DNA of 64,000 nt from Sminthopsis crassicaudata (Eukaryota): assembly GCF_048593235.1 (NCBI RefSeq), contig NC_133619.1, positions 322,414,454 to 322,478,453 of the forward strand. The letters are read 5' to 3'. Shown here piece after piece: positions 1 through 12,623 of the stretch (position 1 is the first letter of the stretch; every line of letters starts with the position of its first letter). The position numbers and the translations under genes were made by a program. The notes under the pieces were generated by a model that saw nothing but the letters and a program-made list of their open reading frames with translations, did no database searches and was not told the origin of the DNA.

Positions 1-892
1 CAAGCATTATCTACAGAGATGAACTAACATGGGGCATTGGATAATTCATTAGTGAATTTAAATAATGAAAACAGTTTATCTGAATAATTTGGATCCTATA
101 GTGTTGTATACATCCTTTTCTCCAACAAAAATACATGTTCAAAAATTTGAAACTACTATAGAAACTTTAGTAATTATTGCTATCAAAAGGTAGGCAATAA
201 AAGGGAGTAGGGAAAAATAAAAGCAAAATGGCCAGAGTCCAGATAACTTGGAAATGAGTGATGAGAAATTGGCTGAGCAGTTGTGATATTATAAACAATA
301 GCAGAGCACTATTCATTTAAAGAATTATAAAAATGTTATTGCAGATCTTTCTGTGACATCTTGTGCCAAACTAAAAGTGGGGTTTGTGAAACAGCCAACA
401 TTTCATCTGATATCTTTTGCAATTTCTAGACCATCCAAAGCTTTGTAATCCCCAGAGACCTAAAGATGCTGGCTGGGCAGTCAGATTTGACAGCCTGGGC
501 TTGTGACCATGTGGTGGCTTACATCATATGGCCACAGCTGTCTCTTTAAAGGTAAAAGAACTCTCTTGTTCAGCCCTGAATCCATGGGGAGTTTGTAGCC
601 AACAAATGAAATTTTGACCTTTAGCAATAAGTAAAGAAAGGGAAGCTGTCTGAGCTCAAATGGAGCAACAATTAATTTCCTGAGAAAACACTGCCTCCGT
701 GCTCCATGACACAGATACTCCTTATCTCTCTATGCTTTTCCCGATCTGTTCCTATGCCTTAGTATTAAAAAGAACTACAGTTGATCATGCTTTTCATTAT
801 CTGTAAACTTGTCATTTCTCACTGCCTTCATAACTTAATCTGAATCTACCCATTTATCTTCCTGAATCTATCCTGTATCCCTCTGAAATCTG

Positions 893-1100
893 AGAGGTCT
901 GGTGAAAAGAGCAAAGATCTGAAAGGCAGAAAATCTGAGTTTGAGTGGTTGTTTCTGCCATTTACCAGCAATTCATTCTTGGACAAATTACTTAACCTCT
1001 TTGAACTTCAATTTCTTTATTAAAAATTGGTGGTAATAATGGTACTAACTTCACAGACAAACATAAAATAAAATAATTTTTAACCATATAATGCCATATA
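893..1100 (+). mobile_element. MIR (CORE-SINE) remnant
   Basis: Degenerate tRNA-like head (gtgaaaagagca...atctgagttt) followed by the CORE motif ggacaaattacttaacctctttgaacttcaatttctttat. Confidence 0.75.
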
Positions 1101-2599
1101 GGTTTTCCTCCAGACTCAGAAATGATACAACACTAAAAGTGGGAATTTTCAAACCCAAGTGTCATACTTCTCAAGCTTCCTCTATGATACCAAAGAAACT
1201 TTTCTATCCAGAAGTCTACCTCTAGTATTAGGATCATCTATTTGAAATACCTACCATGCCATATAGCCTCAGGCCCAGATTATATAGTACTACCCAGAAC
1301 CCAGAAGAGTGCCCAGGACAGCCATGGCTCATTCCTTTCCAGGTTGTGCTCCAGATTTTCTCTATTATGCCCATCTCACCTGTTATCTTCATCTTCTCTC
1401 ATACAACCATCCATGATTTTCAGCTTTCTTTATGTGCTGTCTTTCTTCTCTATTAAGTGTTTTATGGTCAGGATAGGCTCCTTGAAGGTAAGGATTGTCT
1501 TTTTACTTATATTTGTATTTAAAGTATCTAACACAGTACCTTATACTGTGAACTTTGACTTTGAATGCTGTGTGATTTAAGAATAGTTGCCAATCTCAGT
1601 TTCTACATCTTTAAATTTTGTGGTTGTTTTAGATAACTTCAGCCCTAGATCTATGATATTATGATTCTTAGAGGTGACCCATTTTCCAATCATCTCCACT
1701 AAGGTTTTGTCTTGTAGCTACATATAGTCTAGATTTTGGGGAGGAACATTTATAATTTTTCAATTCTGATATGTATATGGTGCTTATTTCTACCAATATT
1801 AAAGCTAGAAGTCTGATGTTTTATTTTAAAAAAAAAGAAGTTGAAAGAGAAAAAAGAGGGGAAGCTGCTGCATTATTATATCTTTTATTATTACTACCAT
1901 AATTCCTTGGGTTTATAGAACACTATTTCTGAGGCTTTTTGATCTTGGGGTTTGAAAGAGATATAACAGCAAAGCCAATTCTAGGTCCTCAGATGAGTTT
2001 TCAATATTCTGAAAAGCTCAGGGTCTTAATCCCATTCCCCTTGGGATAGTCACTCATCTGATTTACTGCTGCTGCTTATTGCTAAGGGTAACATGCAAAG
2101 GACTGATGGTATAAGAACTTTTTTTTTGACAAGGAAGGGCCTAGGGCTCTTATTCTTGGATGTTGGCAAAATACTGGGTTCCCCCAAACCTTCCTTCTTT
2201 CTTTTAACCATGACTATCAGCAGTTAAACATTTGTTCAGTTGCATAACACTGAATTCTGTTCACCTTATTATTTTGCATGTATTGCACTCCACTTCCCAG
2301 TCATTGCATCTTTTCATTGGCTTCTTTCTGTACCTGGATTGTACATCCTTAGAAGATTATTTCAAAACTAATTTCAAATGCTACTCTGTATGCTTAGTCT
2401 TTCTTGGATCCCCATTTTTCTCTTACCCTCATTTATCAAATTTTACCTTGTATTTATTTTGTTTAGGAATAGAGATTTGACCTGTAATTTTATTGGATAC
2501 AGGACTACTGTAAGAAAGCTCCCTCTTATATGTAGCATAGTGTCATTCAACACATGTATATATATTTATATATAATATATACATATAGAGAGAGCTATC

Positions 2600-2715
2600 T
2601 AGAAGACTATGAAATTGAATGACTTACTTAACACAGTTACAGTGTGTCAGAGATAGGATTTGAGTCAAAACCTTTTGGGCTTACAGGCCAGCTTTTTTTC
2701 TACTATGTCACATGC
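2600..2715 (-). mobile_element. MIR remnant
   Basis: Reverse CORE/head: aatgacttacttaacacagttacagtg...ggatttgagtc. Confidence 0.6.
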
Positions 2716-2719
2716 AGTT

Positions 2720-2890
2720 TGAGAGGAAGAAAACAAAGTTATCAACAGCCATATGAAAAAATGCTCTATATGACAATTAATAGAGAAATGTAAGTTAAAA
2801 CCACTTATACCACTTATACCATATTGGGTAAGATGACAGAAAAGGAAAATGACAAGTGCTGGAAAATAGGTACACTAGTGCACTATTGGT
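2720..2890 (+). mobile_element. Old L1 ORF2 3' fragment
   Basis: catatgaaaaaatgctc...agagaaatgtaagttaaaacca...gacaagtgctgga matches the L1 ORF2 C-terminal coding region also seen at 43640-43800 and 51110-51250. Confidence 0.7.
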
Positions 2891-3129
2891 CGATTGATAA
2901 AGCAGCCTTATTTTAAGAGTTCTTAATAGTTTCTATTAAGATTTCATTCATCCTTTTTTTTCATTTTGAAAAAAGTGACATAAGGATTTAAATAAAGAGA
3001 TTGTCTGTGACCATAATTTTGTGTCTAAAGTGAAAAAAGACATAAATTCAAGATAGTCATGTTCTATGGTTTTAAATCTCCTTTAGGTAGGAAAATGGGA
3101 TTTTAAGGCTAATAACTACAAATTAGTAT

Positions 3130-3951
3130 CCAACCATTAGGGGGAAATCTCATCCCAAGGTGGTACACATGTTTCCTTGCTTTCTTCTATTTGGTTCACA
3201 ACCTTCTGCTCCCTCAGAGTGAGGTATGGCTATGAACAATCTCATTCTAAGTATTTTTGGTTTGTATCAAAAGGAAAGGAACCATAATAGTTCCTGTTTT
3301 GATCAGGGTGGCAAAATGAAACCTGGTTCTTCGGATATTCACTCGGAAAGATCAAGATAGCAATAAAGGTGGTGATTGTGGTGCTGTTGGGCTGGCAGTA
3401 ATTTAATTCATTAATCCTACTTTAATAAGGCACATAAGGTATACAGGCAGACAGTGAGGAAATTATAAAGGGAGGCAGGAAAGAGAAAAGACAGACTAAT
3501 TTAAATTACTGTTGATTGGAGTTGGGAGAACTTGGGCAGCATTGCCTCCTGGCAGGTAGAGTATTATTCAAGGAGCAGGATTTGGGGGTCAAATCTCATA
3601 GGAGGGATGACCTAACTCCTATTTATACTACCTCGAGGTTAATTTATTAACATATTGATATTATCTTAAAGTTATCAATGTCAGTTTAGGGATACTTAAT
3701 TTGAATAAAGTTTCTCTGGTTTTATTGCATATAACTGTTGCTTATCTGAAGTTTACAAAGGGGCTCTTATTAGGACTGAGAGACCTAGTTGGCTTTTTCA
3801 AATTTAGCATATTGTTTCTGGGTGTGGCCTTAATTGTTAATTATTTTGTATAAATGGCTTCTATGTTCTTTATAATCTTAATTTCTAGATCCTATTTATT
3901 GCTACTTTATACCAGTTACTCCTAACTGGTAAGTCTGTCAGAGGGACAACA
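3130..3951 (-). mobile_element. Possible ERV LTR or LTR-plus-internal remnant
   Basis: On the minus strand it starts TGTTG and has a TATA-like gtataaatag and an attaaa. No clear PBS, TSD or retroviral ORF was found. Confidence 0.3.
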
Positions 3952-4054
3952 AAAATATCCAATTTCCAACACAGTTTTGTAGAATAATCTACTCCAAACC
4001 TTCACTGCAGATGAATAAAACAAGACTGTTAGAAGTAAAATGTTTAGAAGAAGA

Positions 4055-4220
4055 AAATCATAGATGCTAAGCTGAAGTGACCTTAGATGATTTTTATTTC
4101 ACCCCATCTCATTTTAAAGATGAAGTCATTGAGGGATAAAGTAACTTACCCAAGATCATATAGGTGGTTAAATGGCAGGACCAGGAATCACATCCTCATC
4201 GTCAGATGCAAAATTCCAAT
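4055..4220 (-). mobile_element. MIR/MIR3 remnant
   Basis: tcatagat...cattttaaagatgaag...aagtaacttacccaagatcata is the reverse CORE. Confidence 0.75.
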
Positions 4221-4762
4221 CATTTTTTATTGTATTTCTCTGTCTCTCTCTCTTTCTCTGTCTCTCCTTCTCCCCCCCTCTGCCTCTCTCTCTTTCCTCC
4301 CTTTTCTTCATTGCTTTTTCAGTTAAAGTGTAAGATAATTATAAGCTCTATTGCACAATGCAAAAACTTCCAAAACTGAAATACTACCATAGGATCTAGT
4401 CATAAACTAATCCCCTCCATTTCCATGAGCCTCTCTTTGGCATTCCAGCTAGGTCAGATTCTTTTACTCCTTATTTTCCTTCTGTCTTTAGTAAATCAAT
4501 ATAATCTCTTCCTTCCTCTAACCCCATGGCCAACTTTCTAGCATCAATAGGAGGCTTTAATCTTTGCTTTAAAGCTCCAAATCCAAAATGCTTTCCAAAT
4601 GGAAGTGAAGTGACATTTTTCTGGTTGTAGGATTTAGTCTTCAAAAAAAAAAAAAGTTTTCTTAATACTTTTTTTGTTTACATTACAAACATTTACAGAT
4701 TGCTCCCATTTTTGTAAAGCCTCTTCTATTAATGTAAAATTTATAATTTACTATTTATCACT

Positions 4763-5185
4763 TATTAGTCAACAAGCATCTATGTAGTGTCTCTTACATA
4801 TGCCAGGCACTGTCCTAAGTGCTAAGTATACAAAGAAAGTAAAAAACAAAAAATAAACAAACAAACAGTTCTTATCCTCAAGGAATTTACATACTAACTG
4901 AGGAGAAAACATGGAAAAATACATAAATATAAGCTATTTACAGAGTGGAAGGAAAGACTCTAGCCCCTTACAGGATTTCCTCTTAGAAAGTGAGATTTTA
5001 ATGGAATTTTCTAAGAAGTCAAGAATATCAAGTTGAGGTTGAGAAAATAGAATAATCTATATCTCTAAGTATGGAGGATAGCCAGTATGAGAGACATGTT
5101 ATGAGAGATGGGATATTATACTTGAGAAAGAACAATTGGACTATACTAACTGAACCATTGAGTATGTGGAGGGGAGTTAAGTGTA
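4763..5185 (-). mobile_element. L2 3' end
   Basis: tcaacaagcat...tatgccaggcactgtcctaagtgct...cctcaaggaatttaca is the reverse-complement L2 tail. Confidence 0.75.
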
Positions 5186-6099
5186 GAAAAACAAACTAAA
5201 AACCCCAGAAAGGTCAAAAGGCCCAGGTTCTAAAAAACCTAAAATGACCAAAAAAAAAATTGAGCCTGAAGGGAATACATTTTTGTTCAGGTATCTCCAG
5301 ATCCTTTATGTCTGATCTCATTGGTATCTGCTGTCTTAAGCTACACTTTCCTAAAAGGCAATGATCACACTGGTTCAATTTGCCTTGTCCCTTCCCCAAT
5401 AACATAGTTGAAAAAAAAAAGCAAAAATATTTTGTTGATATTTGTGATAGTGTTGGACAAACACAGATTAACTAGCTCTCCCTCTCTTGGATGGACTCTT
5501 AGCTGCCTTGTAGACATTTTAAGTTTATTACTTGGGTGATATGCTGACAAAGTAAGTTTAAAGTCTAGTTTATATCCCAATCTGGCTTAAAGCCAAAGCT
5601 TCCCCTCTGGATTCATGTTCCTCCTGACTTGTGGCATTTCATCATCAACCTTTTATCTTGAAGTTTGAAAAATGTGCAGTGTCAGAACTAGTTAAAGCAC
5701 TTCAAATGGATTTTCAGCATTCTAAAAAGCCCAAGGATTTAATCTTGTCCCATCTCTGCATTTTCCCCAATCACCCATTCTCATAGAATTATGCTATTGC
5801 ACTACAACCTTGACCTCCAATGGAAAATAAGTCAACAAATATTCATTGGGTCTGTACAGAAGATGCTGGCCTATATTAGGCTCTCTGAGTATACTCACAG
5901 TGATCAATGTAATGTGTCCTAGTCAAAGACTGGCCAGTTCTATGGATAAAGGGTTTACCAACCTTTTAAAAATAGCATATTCTTCATTAAAATTGAGATC
6001 AAACATTCTCCTAGGAAAAGAGATAAAACTCTTTTCCATAGAAGGAAAGAATTCTTTCTTTTCCATGAAAGTTTAAGAATAAGAAGAATGTGATATTCT

Positions 6100-6330
6100 T
6101 CTTTGTCTAGCTTGAGAGCACTAGACTTGAAATAAGGAAGGAAGATCTGAATGCCTTAGACACTTAAACTTGTGTGACCATAAGCAAATCATTGTATCAC
6201 TATCTGCCTCAGCTTCCTCATCCATAAAATGAGAATTATAAAAGCACCTACCTCCCAGGACTGTTTTGATTATCAAATGAGATATTTGTAAAATACTTTG
6301 CAAACCTTGATGTCCTACATAAATTATTTT
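6100..6330 (+). mobile_element. MIR
   Basis: gagagcactagacttga...tgtgtgaccataagcaaatca...gcctcagcttcctcatccataaaatgag...gtaaaatactttgcaaacct. Confidence 0.8.
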
Positions 6331-7574
6331 CGTTGTTGTATGGTAAATAACTGGCAAGCAGACAAAAAATAATATTTCAAATATGGATGCAAAGGTTCTT
6401 GTTTAATATATATTTCATCAGTGCTGCAGATTCTGTCAGGGGTTGGAATTCTCACATTATTATATATTATTGCTTCATCTTACAGGGCCCTAGATGAATA
6501 TTGTTCCTTTTGTAGTAGGCAAAACAACCATCAGTGTCTAATGTAAATGAAGCTTAGTAAATCAACCTTCTCAAATACAGTTCCACAATCAAATTAGTCA
6601 GAAACAATCTAAAGCTATGGAGCAAGATTTCTTAAGATTTCAAGAAATTTATAAACTTAGATGAGAGGAAATATATACATACATACATATACATTTTTAA
6701 AATTTTTCCTTGTAATCCTATTTTATTTTAGGCACACAATAACATTATTCTGAGTCCAAGTTAAGAATTCTAAGATTTTTCTCACAAAGATTTAAGACTC
6801 CCTTATCCTGGTATTTGGGGTATAGAGGATTAACTACATTCTTTCTAGTCTGTCCATGTTTTTTTTTTGACCAGACTATGATTTCATTACAGCAATATGC
6901 AGAATAAAAGGTGATACACAAATATAGGGGTTAAATATAAATTTCCTTCATAGCCCACATCATTAAAATGTCCTTCTCATGTTTCTAACTTCACTTCTGG
7001 AATCCTTAAAGTGTTATTCTTGGATATTGAACCATTGTTCAGAATGAAATTGAGTGTACTGAACTTTTAGGATATTGTCCCTAGCATTGGCTTAGATTGT
7101 GGATAGTCATAAAAGTAATGAAAATCTTCATCATGTCTAAAGAAACCTCTTTATTTGTGCTTATTCTCAGCCTCCTTTCTAAAGAACAAAACAGGGATGT
7201 TTATCACATATACCTGAACTAATAGTGTTTGAGAAGAAGAATATTAAAGTGATGAATCCCAAATCAATCATTCAGTTGATGCAAGTAGGTAAAAGACAGG
7301 CTAAAAAAAATTAGTGTAAAATTACACTGCAAAAGAAACTGCACAGCTGTTTTATCTCTTTAAAGCCCACTAGCTTAATCTGCAGGGATCTGAACTATAG
7401 GGGCTCAGGATAAACTATTTGGAACCATTAGGGTGCTGAGAGGCCAGAAAAAAGGTAAACAGATGTATAAGCAATGGGGTGTGAGGGCCAGTCTGCCAGC
7501 ATCCACAGAAATTTAACTTGGTATATAGTACATAGCTACTTCTTCTTTTTTTGACTTATAAATTCCTGTTCTGT

Positions 7575-7760
7575 AATTTCAGCGTCAGAGACTCAGATTT
7601 GGAAAAGACCTTAGGGGACATCTAACACAAACCTATCAATTTTATAAATGAAGAAATTGAAGCCCAGGTAATTTAAACAACTTGTCCAAGGTCAAGGTCA
7701 CAACATGTAGCAGAAGTAAGATTTAAAGTGAGCTTAACTCCTAAACTAGTGCTTCTTCAG
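7575..7760 (-). mobile_element. MIR
   Basis: ttttataaatgaagaaattgaagcccagg...acttgtccaaggtca is the reverse CORE. Confidence 0.75.
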
Positions 7761-8269
7761 CTGGGCTATTCTGACAAAAATCATAGATGGTATTTTTTCA
7801 ATCATTTATAGATACATAAACAGATGTGTCTATGGAAACCAAAGACATATCAGTAAATATAGCATTCATTAAGCATTTAATATGTTACTTAGTAGGAATA
7901 CAAATATAAGCAAGCAAGACTGTCCCAACTCTGAAGGATCTTAAGAAGAAATCTAGGATCAATCCCGAGTAAAGTGGAATATGTCCTAGACCACTTCTGA
8001 AATAGTTTTCAGAAAAGGTAATCATCAATTAAGGCCTCAGGAAGGAGACTTCTCTATTTATATAGCTGCTTTTAAGACCTACTAAACAGTATATTTACAC
8101 TGTCTATTTGTGATCTCTTTCACCTTGTTTTATCACTTTAAAAATAATCGCCTCTATAGTAAGCTTTATTTGTATTAAAGGAGACAGGGTTGATGCAGAA
8201 GAGGAAGGAAAAATGGTGTTGGAATAATAATAAATACAGTTTGACTTGCTGTATCAGATAGAGAATCAG

Positions 8270-8465
8270 TTAGACATGTTCAGGAAGATGTGAGTTTACA
8301 TCCTACCTGTGACTCATCTAGGCTGTATGGCTTTGGTCACTTAAATTCACTGGATTCCTAGGTAACACCCTAGGAGTCTAAACTGCAAAACAGTTTCTGA
8401 CTTACATCAGTAGAGAAGAATACCTTCCTGAAAATTCCTAATAGCAAAGAAATCACAGATCCCTC
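8270..8465 (+). mobile_element. Marsupial CORE-SINE (family uncertain)
   Basis: tRNA-like head (caggaagatgtgagtttacatcct) and a tail ending aaagaaatcacagatcc. A related copy lies in reverse at 54375-54575. Confidence 0.6.
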
Positions 8466-9519
8466 TCTGTACTCCTGTCCCCCCCTCTAAAAATAAAGGG
8501 TCAGTTTTAAAGTATATGACTACTGAAGGGGCTTAGCTGAGAAGTGTGCTGCCAGATATATGTGTAGTTATTGTTTCCCTAGAGACCCTCCCTCTTTGAA
8601 GGAAGAGCTTTTCCAAAGAAATGGGCAGTTTTCCTTAAACAAGGATGAATTGTCTTTAAGTGGAAGAAACATATCTTCCAATAAAACTCAAACCAGAAAC
8701 ACTGTAAGGGGCTCTCTGCTAATGATTGCCTTAAATTTACCTTGGGCTTGCAGGTTTGTGATTGTATCCCAGGGTTCACAGTCTCTTAGCACTGTACTTT
8801 TTCAGATACTTATTAGGTCTGACCATTTATAAGAAAATAAGATATTAAGTCAGTGGTTCAACTGGGAGATTTAAAAAGTTTAATTCCTCTCTGAAATCCC
8901 CTGATGTTTGTCTCCATTCTTCTGAATTAAATCTAACCCTTCAATTCCACCTCTTAACTAGAATTATTATTCTACCTTGTGGAGATATTAGAACCTTCCC
9001 TTGAAATAACTTGGCTTGATCCAGAGATTCTATTAAATTATTTAGCTTATCACCTGTGCCATAGAAATTTCATCTTACTCTCTCCCTTCATTCTGGATCT
9101 ATAATCAAAGTTGGAACTTCCATAGGACAGTTAGGGGAATATGATACACCTTGATAGTGTCATCCTTTCTCCTTACCTAGCATAATTCTCATTTGCTTAC
9201 TTCTCAACCCCTAAGGTCCTTCCAACATACCTTTCCACCAAGCAAATTATTTCTTCCCTTCCTGTCTCCCTCCATATGTTGTAAGAACTGAAACAGCTAC
9301 TGGGAAACCTAAGGGTATAAATAGTAAAGCTGGTATGAAGTAGCTATCAATCATCATTAACTTAGTCCCATATCTCTCTAGCTTTCTCTTTCTTTTGAAT
9401 TCTTTGGAATCTTCTTTTGTAGTAAACAAACTTTCCTTTCTACTTATATTTCTTCCTGGCACACATTCCTTTTTTTCATGGAATCCAACATTCAACTGAA
9501 GAAACTATATTTCTCAGTA

Positions 9520-9895
9520 CAGTTATCCCTTCCACATTGCAGGGTTTAAGAGTGTAGCAACACTGAAAGCTGGAAAATCTGAATAAAAATTTTTTGACAC
9601 TGCCTTCATACCAAAGAAAAGGTCTGAACCTTTTATCTTTTATGGGGTGTTCATAGTACTTTATTGTAAAATTTTGAAAATATTTTTTAAATATTGCAAA
9701 AATAGTATACATATATTTTATGTATTTCTGAGTTTCTAAACTTTTTTATGTGTCATCTGCAGGCCTTTGAGTATCATCTATGGTTTCCACAAAACTTCCC
9801 CAAATTCCCATTTATTTTCTTTTCTTATGCTGAGCAGGAATATATCAAAACAGCAATAGTAAAAGTGGAAAGTTGTAATGTTAAGGGGATAATTT
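9520..9895. mobile_element. Tigger/TcMar-type MITE with recognisable TIRs and TA target duplication
   Basis: Left end TA|cagttatcccttccacattgc (9518-9540). Right end gtaatgttaaggggataattt|TA (9875-9897) is an imperfect reverse complement. No ORF. Confidence 0.75.
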
Positions 9896-10254
9896 TAAGG
9901 CTGGACAATTTCTTCTCTCAAACTCCCCCATATACTCTAGGACTAAGAGGAAGAATTAGCATATCCATTGTCTACAACTAATGCTTTTATAAATCTGCCT
10001 TCACTTAGGGAATACCTCTTTACTTTCCAAATTTACACTATTAGAACCTTGCTGCTACATTCTGTGTACTTCAATCACCTTTCCTTATTTATAATTTCAG
10101 CATTGACTCCCAGTCTCCTTCCTTTCAACTTCTAAATCCTTTAAATACACTACCCTCATATTTGCCCATTCTCCCCAGCCATGACAAAATCTTCACTCTT
10201 TCTCAGATCTATATAGGAGCAGTCATACCTTTAAACTAGAATTATTGACTTACT

Positions 10255-10370
10255 TATGGATCATCTATGGATACCTTTGCTAGTCTGATAAATCCTATGG
10301 ATCCCTTCTCAGAATATTTTTAATGCATTAATAAAATACATAGGGATATAATTGAAACCAAAGTTAAGCA
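10255..10370 (+). mobile_element. hAT-Charlie (Charlie4-like) fragment
   Basis: ctttgctagtctgataaatcctatggatcccttctcagaata...aatgca...aaaatacatagg resembles the recalled Charlie4-type consensus. A shorter reverse fragment lies at about 6700-6760. Confidence 0.6.
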
Positions 10371-10920
10371 GAAATAAAGATGTATTTTTCCTCTTCTAAA
10401 TTCACAGACACCTGGAAATCTCAAGCTAAGAATTCCTATTTTAGATATTCCTCTCTACCTCTGCCCAAAAGCAAATTATTCTTCTCCAGGTGCTGGAATC
10501 CCTATCCAGAGACAACTCCCCAAATATTTCAATATCCAAACCTCCAATTTCCTAGTATTTCTAAAGCTTATTTCTCACTTCTTATCCCACTCTTAAACAT
10601 GCTCATAATCACTCTTTTCCTTTGCACAATTTGCCAAAACCTTCTTTTTATGTGCCTCCCCTCACCATTCTGTCTCCTCATTCTTTCATGGTGTAATTCA
10701 TCAAATTCCTTTAATTCTTTGCATATCATAAAGTGTGCTTTAGGAGAAGGAGGAAATTACCACTAAATAAATAGCCAGCAGCAGATAATGGGTTAATTCA
10801 ACCCTGACCAGAAACATATTAAATTGAATCTCTTTTTACTTTTTAAAAAACATATATAATTTGCCCAAAATATTATAAGTTTTATTTACCTTATTAAGTG
10901 CAGTACATTAACCTTGCAAA

Positions 10921-10954
10921 TATGCTAATGAACAAAAACTGCTGCCTTGGCAAC
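10921..10954. promoter_or_regulatory. Octamer-like site next to an RFX X-box
   Basis: ATGCTAAT at 10922-10929. GCTGCCTTGGCAAC at 10941-10954 is a 12/14 match to GTTGCCATGGCAAC. Confidence 0.4.
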
Positions 10955-11172
10955 TTCTGTGAATGTAAAATTATCCCTGTTCATCAGTGAGATTTTAATT
11001 ATATATTATTGTTTCCTAAAAGTACCTCATATTCCAAAGTGATGCAGCCATAGAAAAGCACCAGTCTTTTCAGGGAGACTGCAGAGAAGGAGAAAGATGT
11101 ATGCTAGGCAGGGGGCAGAAAGAACAGCCTCACTCTGAATTACTGACCTTTACAATTTGTTTCTGGGTGACA

Positions 11173-11193
11173 GGGTCAGGTACCCTTTGACCC
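11173..11193. promoter_or_regulatory. Composite nuclear-receptor element
   Basis: GGGTCA-n9-TGACCC inverted pair. The minus strand of 11181-11193 reads GGGTCA-A-AGGGTA, which is DR1-like. Confidence 0.35.
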
Positions 11194-12552
11194 TCTACAC
11201 TGTTAGTGGGGGGGATCTATAGAGGAAATTTAATGGTTTATTCCTACAAAGCCATTAAAACGCTTTATGCCATTGGTAAATTGTGACTTGTGGGAGACTA
11301 TGAGATGTCTATTTGCTATCTGTCTCTGAAAAGGTCCTATTATTCTTAGTAATGCAAAGGTTAGAGATTGTCCAAGCAGGCCATTTTAAGGAAAAGTGCA
11401 GGGTTGAAATCAAATACTCAAAGATTCCTCTAGAGCCTGAAAAATGAATGATGTTATCCAGTATGACATTATATGTTCCTTCAGTAAAATAAACACAGAT
11501 TCAGTCATTCAAATAATGCTTTTTCTGACCACTATAACATTTTAGGAGTTCCTGTCAAAGTTTGGGGGCCTTTTTATTTCCTCCCCATTCAGGATTCCTA
11601 CATCACTCTCCCACTGGGTGCGGCTATGATGAGAGTAGCTGACATCAGCCTACAGTTAGCTCAATTATACCGTCCCCTCCTGTGGCTTTAGCTGGGTGAT
11701 AATGAACTACATGGCGCTTTCTGCAGCTGGGCCCCTTGCAGAATGGAAGTCTAAGATGGCTTTATTTTTGGAATGGGAACAAAATCCTAACTCGATGAGT
11801 TCCTGTCTGGTTTCCACAGTGCTTGTAGCCACAAGACATTGGAGGAGCTCTAAAATACTAAACCAGCAGTTTGGGATGATTTAATCTGATTAGAGGACAC
11901 AGAGATAGGTAAACAGTGGTTTCTATGGTCCATGTGGGGGACTGGCTGATGTAAATATATGCTCATTGGTATGCTTTAGTACAGGCAGCTTAACACATGA
12001 GACTCCATTTCCTTCACATTACTACTTACTGACAATGAAGAGTTTCAGCTACCCACAGGAAATTTTAGACTCCAAAATACAAAAATGAAATGCCTGCATT
12101 GTCCATTTGGAGTCTTGTTTTCATACATCTGGGCTTGTTGAGCCCTCAGGGAGAAAGTCACTGGTGACCTTTTACTTAACTTGCTAGCTAGGAATATAAA
12201 TGCATGGTGTGTTACAAAGACAGCTTGAATGGAGCAACTTTGAAGGCTATAACTGCATCACAACTGGCCTAAGGCTCTGATAACTGTCATACTTTTTACT
12301 CTCCACTATAGTTTGAAAGGGTCATTTGTTATAGAGTTTCATTTTCCCTTTCTTTCTTTTTTTGTTTTTATTTTTTTGTTTCATTTTTTATATTTGGCTT
12401 GCTTGTATAAACAAGAAATATAGAGGAAAGGCACCCCAGGAAACTGGGTGAAAACACCATGGTAAATTGATGCAAGAAAATGGGCAAGAGTTGCACAGGA
12501 TATATGGAAAGATCAGGACATGATCTGCACTGATAGAATTCGATTATAATCT

Positions 12553-12556
<4 letters not shown>

Positions 12557-12620
<64 letters not shown>
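12557..12620. repeat. (GA)32 microsatellite
   Basis: Uninterrupted GA run. It explains the SLSLSL stretch of ORF 12368-12970. Confidence 0.98.

Positions 12621-12623
<3 letters not shown>

Noticed and set aside
3889-3928. Plus-strand 40-nt acceptor/donor pair
   Set aside because: It lies inside the suspected LTR-like repeat.
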